From NCBI RefSeq assembly GCF_000150275.1, contig NW_002060944.1, forward strand, positions 6,930,245 to 6,994,244: a DNA stretch of 64,000 bases. Reading direction: 5' to 3'. This document shows positions 55,502 through 64,000 of this stretch, piece after piece. The stretch is from Trichoplax adhaerens. Lineage: Eukaryota > Animalia > Placozoa. Every line of letters begins with the position of its first letter. Positions within the stretch are counted from its first letter, which is position 1. The position numbers were made by a program, and so were the translations under genes. Below the pieces are notes generated by a model, which was given only the letters and a program-made list of their open reading frames with translations, had not been told where the DNA came from and made no database searches.

Positions 55502-56657
55502 CAGTGACAATTCCGCCTCACTAGCTCCATCCATTTCAATAGGATGACAGTAATGCTATACTGAATAATGACAGTCTAGCATACCATTAAAAGAAAATAC
55601 AATTATGGTAATAGCAATATTCATCCACTATTTATCACCATCATAAGATATTGTAAATCTTAATCTTAATAGTAATCGTCGAAAACTTTCAAAATTGTAC
55701 ACTCTTTCATGAAAAATGACGGATTGACTAGAATTATAGTAAGAATGCGCATGCACGAACTCAAGTTCGATAGGGCCCTTGCTGTCAGAGCAACAAGTAG
55801 AGCTCTCTATTGCTGAGACTGCTGCCAATGATGGATGCACAGTATAATCAGTTCAATTAAAGTAATCTTATTAATTAATCCTCATCGACTGTACGCACGT
55901 ATTACAAATTTCATCGATATGCTATACTTACTGTACCATCCATCTACGTTAGCAGTGAAATCATTGCTATAATGCATACTGAGCACGAAAATAGGTAGAG
56001 AGTATGCAATAATAAAAATATGTTCTAAACGCATCTTCTGATTCAACTTCAACTCTACCTATTTAATCACGCTGGATATTTCGACATAGTGGTATCAGTG
56101 AAAGTTTATTGAACTGTAATGAAATATAGTATCCAGATCTGTTTTAATAAAGGCTTTATACAATATTGCAATCTGTGGTGATTACCATATTAAATTATTA
56201 TTCTTCAAAATATCTATAATGCATCAGCACAGAGGAAAAAGCACCTGTTTTTCTCTTTTACCTCTACGTGCGTGAGTTTGGGTTATCTATCTTTCTGTTT
56301 ATCTAGAGAGTATCATTACCCTACTGTATAGACATGATTAATTAAACAACATTTTATACATACCATAGCTTTATCCACTTAACATCATATTAAGTATTCA
56401 TTCTACAAATTAGCAATATACAAGCAGTGACACAATTCCATATAGCAAAGATGTAAAAGTTAAAGTAGCTTTAAAAGAATAAAAAGTACAGTACAATAAT
56501 AGCATTATTGCAGTTTCAGAGCTCAAAATTAGAATACCATTTTTTATAAAATTTGCAAAAATCAATTAGACAAATAGATGAAATATAAATAAATTTATAG
56601 TGATCTTTTAGAGACATTTAAATAGCATATGATCAAAATCGATTATAATTATGCCCT

Positions 56658-59600
56658 TTATAATTCTCGTTTTGCTGCAGAACGTATTTGATACTCAGCG
56701 ATGAAGAATGTTATAACACCGACGACACCTACAGCAGCCTAGAATATTTTTTAATATCAGTTATAAGTAATCACATCAAGAAAGGCAAACTGGATCCAAT
56801 AAGTAATAGAATATAGCTTGAAAATATGTATAGTAATTAAAAACAGAGATTAAGATACTTACAATAATTATCGTCAGAAGATGTAAAGTTGTTGATAGGC
56901 TCAATAAAAAGAATCCAGCTATTGATAACGATTGTATGAAGGTAAAGACTTCAAACACTAGTGGGCTATTCGATTCAAAAATTTCTCCAAGAATGGAATA
57001 GATCTAAATGCAATAGCAGTAGTAAAAATCTTAAGTAGAACTTCATAGAAGGGTATATCAGGCAAAGAGATTAGATATGCGTGTATACTGGCATACAGTA
57101 TATGTAAACTAATATACGGAATTAATCACAAATCGAAAATCTTGCACTGTATCGGCAATGTAGTACGAGTATTTTACCATCGTACTTTACCTGAGAATAA
57201 AAACAGCTATCACCTAATCCCAAAAAGAAGGCACAGGTAGCAGCCATTAAAAAACTACGCAATTTAGTCAAAGGAAAAGAAAAATAGACAGATGTCAGGG
57301 TTAATAAATACCGTATTTAATGAGATCAAGATTACAGGACTTAAAAAAGTGTATAGCAAAAGAAGTAAAGATTAACTAACGATAATTATAATTCAAGTAT
57401 ACCTAGGTTTTCCCCAGAATGCATTTTCATAAGTTTCCATGAACGGTGATTTAAAGGGCACATTAAAGTATATAAATGCATATGAAAAAAGATGAAAAAG
57501 GAGACCAATGCATATTATGGAGATGCGCCCACATAGCTTCTTCTCTCCAGCGATACCAAACAGACTCCCACCTGTGAATAACATATAAATATATATTCTC
57601 AATACAATGATCACAGTGTGACTAAGGTATTCCATTACGTTTAGAAAAACCATCAACCAGTATTTCTACTCTTATAATTACATTGCCTAAATATGCATAA
57701 GTTATAACAGGGATAATTGTACACACGTATAATAAGTATCTTGCATACACACGTTAACAGTATAAAGAAAAACACTAGGTATGAAAAGCTACAAATCACA
57801 CGAGCAATTTCTCTTACCAATAATTTCTCCTATCCCTAAAATGATACCCGCTATGCCAATAAATTCATCTGGGTTCGCAAACAGCTTGGTATTACCTAGA
57901 GGGTAAGGGTTTTCATATTTTATTAATCTTGTGAAGTATATTAATCACAGTTAGCTGTTCCATATTGAGTAAATATTCAGTTCAAATATAATTTTTATTC
58001 ATTCTATAATACCAACCAATGCACGTCATGTATGTAGTACTGTAGAAACCAAATGCAAAGCCTAAATTAAAAAATAAAGAAATGAATTGAAACAAATGCT
58101 ATTACGTAATTCAGTACTTTGATTCCTTGTCCAATGACAAAATTTAAAATCTTACTAATTATAATAATTCTTATTTAATGATTATTAGAAATTACATGAT
58201 TGTAAATAATCCCACACATAATTAATAGATTTGATTAACATGGATAACTCTAAAAGACTTCTATTGTAGACTAGTTCGTTGAAATAAAGCCAATATTCAA
58301 TTGTTTCATATTACATGCCCACTTGCTCATCAACACTAACCTGTATAAACAAATATAAAAACCAACCAAACAGCGTTCGAGTTGAAGAAAGTCTTCATAC
58401 TTAGGTCTACGCAGATTTGACAAGAAGATAACAATAAAGATCTCATTTACTATTTTGAATTATTTATCTGCTTCTTAGTTGATTATGTAAATGAAAATAA
58501 AAAATCATTTCTATACTGTATTAAAGTAAATATAAACATTCTTACGGAATAATTTAAAGGGATTAAGAATTTTATCCGATAGTGTTTCGGTCCTATAATT
58601 ATAATCATTAAGGATATGATAAATTTATAGTTAGCTTACATAACATTCTATGCATTAACATATAATATTGTGCAGTTAAGTACGTATGCTACGACTTTGG
58701 ACAATACAAAATTGAAAAATAAAATTACTCATCGTCTCCCTTAAGTTGTGCTCTCTGTGTTGTCCGACATAAGAAAAAAGAAGAAAATTATATTGAAGGT
58801 TATCCCAGTATTAATTTAATTTAAAACGAAGCTTATCTTCATAGTAAGCTTAAATTACAAGTGAACCTAATATGTGACTAATTTACCTCATCACCCTTTG
58901 ATTTCTCTATAAATTTAGTCGGGAAAATAAATAGAAGTAAAACTGAACCGACGCCACATGCCACTGCTAAGACAATATACAGTAATATTCGTTGATTTTG
59001 ACCTAGATAATAATGATAAGTCCTCAATAAATTTTTTACAAATAAGTTAATACAGTGTCTATATTAGCATGAAGTATAACTTTAATCGAATGCAAAAAGT
59101 TAAAAAAGAACCAGACCTATTGCCTTGGTACCACTTAGTATCCACACCAAGAATACGTTACCCAATAAACGACTGAAATAGATGGAATATAAAATTAAGA
59201 TTAAACGGTAACAAAGAAATTAAACTTTACATCTCTATTCTTACTTGTTTTTTACACAGAGGAAGATTTATTAGTGTCTAACAGTAATTATTTTTTTTAT
59301 GATTGAAATATTTGTAATGTACCTAAATTGCATACAACCCCAAAAGATACGACCATCCCTTTTCGAATGCTTGGTATCAGTACTGGATATCACAATATTA
59401 GCTTGAGCTGTCCAAAGTACTACAAAATAGAAAAGATCCAAGGTGGTTTACACAATGACAGATTTATTCCTTTCACTAAGTATTGATGAAGGTACTCTCA
59501 GTAGTAAAATGATGTTTACCATAATGCATAGTCAAAAACTCATAAATTACAGTACACCAAATCTTAACAAATGCTAATAAATATGCTTGTATAGTTTATA

Positions 59601-60564
59601 TTGTGTACGTTGTATTCCATCAGGAAAAAGATGTTATTGTCTTACGTAAATAATTTATTAGAAAGAATAATTCATAAGATTTACAATAATAAAATCATCA
59701 AACGTGTTCGTCAAATTAAGGTAAACTATAGTCATTGAAAATCAAATCTGTTTGTAAATATATTGAGATAAAAGATGCACGTGAACCCTACCTCCACCGG
59801 CAAGTCCAGTGAGTGCGGCTGCAATATAGATAGTTTCAATGAACGGGTAGATAAACGAGACCATGTAAAAACTAACACGCGAATATAAATATACAAACAA
59901 GAAATATAATAAACTCGATAGAACACTTTAATCTATTAATGTTAATCACTCATTAGTGACTCATATTCGATGTTGTTTTCATCTATGTCAGAATTATTAA
60001 GTTGCCACTACACTGAAAAATTTTTAGATAGAGTAATATTTTATTTCATTTCATACTAAACTAGTAGTTATGAGATATAAAGCACTTTACAGCATTATTT
60101 TGCTTATGAAATCATATCAAATTACTGTATATACTGTACGGTAGACAAGAGAAGAAAGTACTACTGGACTTTCATGCGAACTTTACACTGCTTATTAAAG
60201 AAAATATAAGTGATACTGGATGAGAATTATTTTATGTTTTTCAATATCTGTATGTGAATAGTAGTACTTAAAGTGTAGCTAGTTCGAATTCTGATCAATG
60301 ACTACCTCTACCTCTACACAATAACCTTGTCGATATCACTATTTACACTTCGATTTAACAACTAACAAGCTCTCTTAGAATTATCGTTTTATATGTATAT
60401 CAAATTTTACGTTATGCAAGATATTGAATTCGATAGCCTTGGCTCTTAACTCACCAATAGCAAGCTCCAGCAATTAGACAACTTAATTTAATACCAAGAA
60501 AATCCGTAATAATTGGTCCAAACCACTTGGATATTGCGAATATTCCGTATAAAATTGCTAAACT
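56658..60564 (-). CDS. MFSD11: UNC93-like major facilitator protein MFSD11 (multi-exon; 5'-most exons unresolved, upstream toward the assembly gap)
   Basis: SLAILYGIFAISKWFGP, VLWTAQAN...GRIFWG, YMTCIG, FIGIAGIILGIGEIIGGSLFG, CAFFLGLGDSCFYSQ and FTFIQSL, ending AAKREL*. Confidence 0.88.
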
Positions 60565-61377
60565 GTAATGGCGCAGGAGAAAAAAAACGATTTACATTTT
60601 TATCTCAAATGTACTGGCTTAGTGTATCATATTATCTTTCTTGCTAATGAAAATAACTATATAATACTAATCTACAATCATTAAATGACATTAAATCATC
60701 GCATAAATGTCAGACTAATGTTGTAATGAGATAGTAATGCTTTACAATATTTTTTATAAAAGTATTCTATAACATAAGTAAATAGTATAAGAACTGATGG
60801 ATAGGCTATCGGTAACTTGTCGGTAGTGTTTTATACTGATCCGTATAAGGAAAATTTTGAAGTTTTAATTCTAACTTTGTAGTAATGCCGTAGTAACGTT
60901 TAATTAAAAACTGCGTTTACCTACAATAACTATATGATATCATCAAAAGAAGAAGTAGAAGGCTATTGAATATAATATAGTTGAAATGAATGGATAATTA
61001 AATAATCTTAATTTATTGCTAGTAAATATAAAATAATAATCGCTCTTGGTCTATAGTGATTAACGTTAATGTTAATAAATCGTTCGATAAAATCCTCGAT
61101 ATAAGAACAGCTACCTTAACTTATCTTCTAAAATAATTACTATCATGCATGTATCAGAAAGCTCTGGATTGGGGCGGCCAATTAGTAGTTAGCTTACAAA
61201 TAAATCAGATCATATCAGTAATTCTTACATCGGATAGAATTACTCGTGCATTTATTAAAGTATAACTTCAGCTGTTTAATAGTACGGTGGTAATTATTCT
61301 TTGAATGTTATTTTGAATGAGAAAATTAAAATTCGTAGTAATGGGCAAAGTACTATAAAAGAAAAATTTAGCCATAT

Positions 61378-61427
61378 NNNNNNNNNNNNNNNNNNNNNNN
61401 NNNNNNNNNNNNNNNNNNNNNNNNNNN
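61378..61427. other. Assembly gap (50 N)
   Basis: Run of n characters. Confidence 0.99.
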
Positions 61428-61695
61428 ATTGTGCTTAAGTTATAGAAGGCATAATTCATATATGTTTATTACGTAGTCTTGCTTTCTTCTCCCCTTCTAC
61501 CTGTTTTATGGTCATTGCAATCCAAAACCATGACCTTCTTGGACTATTTTAACCCATAGCTCCAAACAATGATAGTGTTGATTGTGCTTGAGTTATAGAA
61601 TTTATATGTATTTTTTATGTAGTCATGCTTCTTCTCCGCTTCTACCTACTTACCTCGTTCTACCTGTTTTATATTCATTGCAATCCAAAACGGCT
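61428..61695. repeat. About 150-bp degenerate duplication abutting the gap
   Basis: attgtgctt(a/g)agttatagaa...ctacctgttttat..tcattgcaatccaaaac occurs at 61428 and about 61581. Confidence 0.75.
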
Positions 61696-62080
61696 AGCAC
61701 CATTTTAAGCCAGTGCTCCCTCCATCCATGATATTATTGATGATTATGCTTCACTTTTCCACCCCACTATTAAATTTTTTTCGTCTTTGCCCTTTTAAAA
61801 TCGCACTGTTACTTACATGGTTGCTTTTAGAATGGATTAATCCATCCTATCGATGTTGTATGCATGGACTAATGGAAGAAAAGAGGCAAAAGATTTTCTT
61901 CCATAAGTCCATGATGTTGATTCTCCATATTGGAAAGTTTCAGTACTGAAAATAGGCAAGAGTATAGTGTATGTATAATGACTTGTAGTATAGTCTCTAT
62001 GACCAGTCAAGTGTGAGCAAGCACATTTTTGGCTGTGAACGCGCCTTCAATACGACTACTCAAACAGTACTCTTACAATA

Positions 62081-62099
62081 CGATTGGCTAGATGGCGCT
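62081..62099. promoter_or_regulatory. Reverse CCAAT box plus YY1-like motif (cgattggctagatggcgct) upstream of KCTD
   Basis: Motif match only, about 250 bp upstream of the ATG. Confidence 0.3.
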
Positions 62100-62339
62100 C
62101 GGTCATGATCCCGGTTACTATGTTCTACTATAGGCAAGTTGAAAAATAAATCGATAACCCAACACCAACTACCCTAACCCATCTACCACTCAACAACAAG
62201 TAGAATTCGTATGAGAACGAAAGGAACAACAAACAAGGCGATGGAGGCAGCGCCTTCTTGATCAAATCCAGACATTGAATGAAGGCCTCAGTAGGCAACA
62301 AGACTGCCAGCATCCGCCAACTTTTTCAACTTGTTGTTG

Positions 62340-62510
62340 ATGATGGCATCGAGAAATAGCCATGATGGCAATCGACGAGATCTATCCAGTTGGGTCAAAT
62401 TGAATGTAGGTGGGCAATATTTCCTCACCACCAGGATGACACTGTGTAAAGATGAAAATTCTTTCTTATGCCGTTTATGTAATAACGATCCTGATCTTCC
62501 ATCGGATAAA
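62340..62510 (+). CDS. KCTD5: First coding exon of a KCTD2/5/17-family BTB/POZ protein (continues beyond the window)
   Basis: [40 protein letters not shown] followed by a gtaagt donor. Likely a single pro-ortholog of KCTD2/5/17. Confidence 0.92.
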
Positions 62511-62694
62511 GTAAGTCCAACACCATTTAGTTCATCCACTGCATGCAGTGTGTAAATTGATGGAGGGGCAATGGATGCCATGTATAGGATAGATGTTAGC
62601 CAATTGGATCATTTTATGTTCTTGTTATGCTTACCCTTTATCAACCCCTTCATTGGATGATGTTTCCATTCAGCTTTACAAGTCATTTATAGGG

Positions 62695-62722
62695 TAGAGA
62701 GAGAGAGAGAGAGAGAGAGAGA
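62695..62722. repeat. (GA)n microsatellite
   Basis: About 13 AG units read directly; a shorter run lies at about 62806-62820. Confidence 0.95.
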
Positions 62723-64000
62723 ATCAACATCTGTCCCATGGGTTGAGTCGACGACAAGCGATGGAAATGCTGCAAAAGCCAAATTACTGTAGATACTGTA
62801 CGAGAGGAGAGAGAGAGAGATCAATTAAAATTGTTGTTGTACGACAGGCAAAATCCCATCGATTTGATGGTAGCATTGCTTACTTTCTCTGCCTTTCATC
62901 CAATAGTCATCATCATTCAATAGAGACAAGATATTCGTTTGTAAAATTGACTTTCTTGCAACGACCGTAAAACCCTCTTGCCTATGTTGTCATGGCTAGA
63001 ACATGGCTACAACTGGACTTGTCTTGCTTCTTTTAGCCAGTGATTGAAGGCGAAAAATAATGTAAAATGATGTCCATGATACAAAATGGAGGATGATGCA
63101 TTCAATAGTCGACTCTTATCCATTACATTCGATCTCTTCTTCATCTTTTTTTATGATGTATTATTTTGCTTGTGCTACTCATAGAAATAGAGACAAGCGA
63201 TCGTTGACAACATGGAGTTAGAAGAGTAGAAGAAAATTCCACTTTATCCATCATATGATCATCATGTCAAGAAATGATTGCACTTTTTTTTCCAACTCCT
63301 TGTTATCCATCGTGTATCCAAGCACAGGACAATAAAAGGAATACAATTTAATCATTCCTAGATACAGTAGGTCCATAACTTGATTGCCACCATGTCTATC
63401 CAATGTTCCTAAAAGCAGACCTGAAGAAATAACCGATGCTCAACTTAAAACGATATCTGTGGCACTGGAGAAGAAATAGACAATAAATGACCATTCGACA
63501 CAATTTCTACATCATATTTAGAATTGGCTAGAAAAAGATAAAATACGTGGACCTAAAATAGTCGTCAATAATCCTAGTGAGCCACACTATGATGATCGTC
63601 AATCATTCTAGGACTGCAATAGGTAGCATTCAAAGTATTCAACTCCTTCTTCTATCTTTTCCGATCATCTAATGTAAATAGATTAGGGGAAAAAATAAAA
63701 GTCATCATTTAATAATATTATTATTATCATCATCATCAATATACTGTTATCCATCTTCAATTGCTACTGGTGATGAAAGCCCAAATTTCCATCCATTCTA
63801 GGGAGAAAACCATGACCTCCTCTATCCCCATCTTCCCTAGTGCTAAACAGACACGACGAACCGCTAGCGATATTCGAAAGTATTGAAACTGCCTATCCAT
63901 CCATCTTGAGAAGATGAATCAACCAATAGATACTAATTTACAATGGAATATTTTCGTATTCCAAGTCCATTAATTTACGTGCTGACTGTTCTTTCATTTA

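Noticed and set aside
1-64000. tRNA/rRNA genes, autonomous transposons, prokaryotic operons and AT-AC introns
   Set aside because: None recognised by eye, and the introns I traced were GT-AG. A covariance-model or repeat-library search could still find small RNAs or U12-type GT-AG introns.

Overview
AT-rich, gene-dense animal genomic DNA with many short GT-AG introns. The composition, intron sizes and gene content look like an early-branching metazoan such as the placozoan Trichoplax; this is an inference, not verified. Most ORF-track entries are exon fragments or noise. Genes reconstructed by reading exons and splice sites, in order: the 3' end of a probable TRPA paralog (+), a complete TRPA1-like ankyrin-repeat channel (+), ERV1/GFER (-), eIF3b (+), an unidentified spliced gene (-), GPS1/CSN1 (+), DUS1L (-), CYBC1/EROS (+), RBFOX (-), a bacterial-type GNAT acetyltransferase with no CDS intron (+), MFSD11 (-) and the first exon of KCTD2/5/17 (+). 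Highlights: (1) the GNAT is a candidate horizontally acquired gene, and it sits behind a young 270-bp tandem array that has a 540-bp higher-order structure; (2) the gene set matches the human 17q25/16p13/7p22/22q12 paralogon, including the tail-to-tail GPS1-DUS1L pair; (3) there are probably two tandem TRPA genes, and the complete one lacks most electrophile-sensing cysteines; (4) 11 consecutive genes alternate strand, with ACAGT/ACTGT-rich tracts in the divergent spacers; (5) degenerate local tandem duplications are common in 5' introns and upstream regions. Exon coordinates were read by hand and may be off by a few bases.
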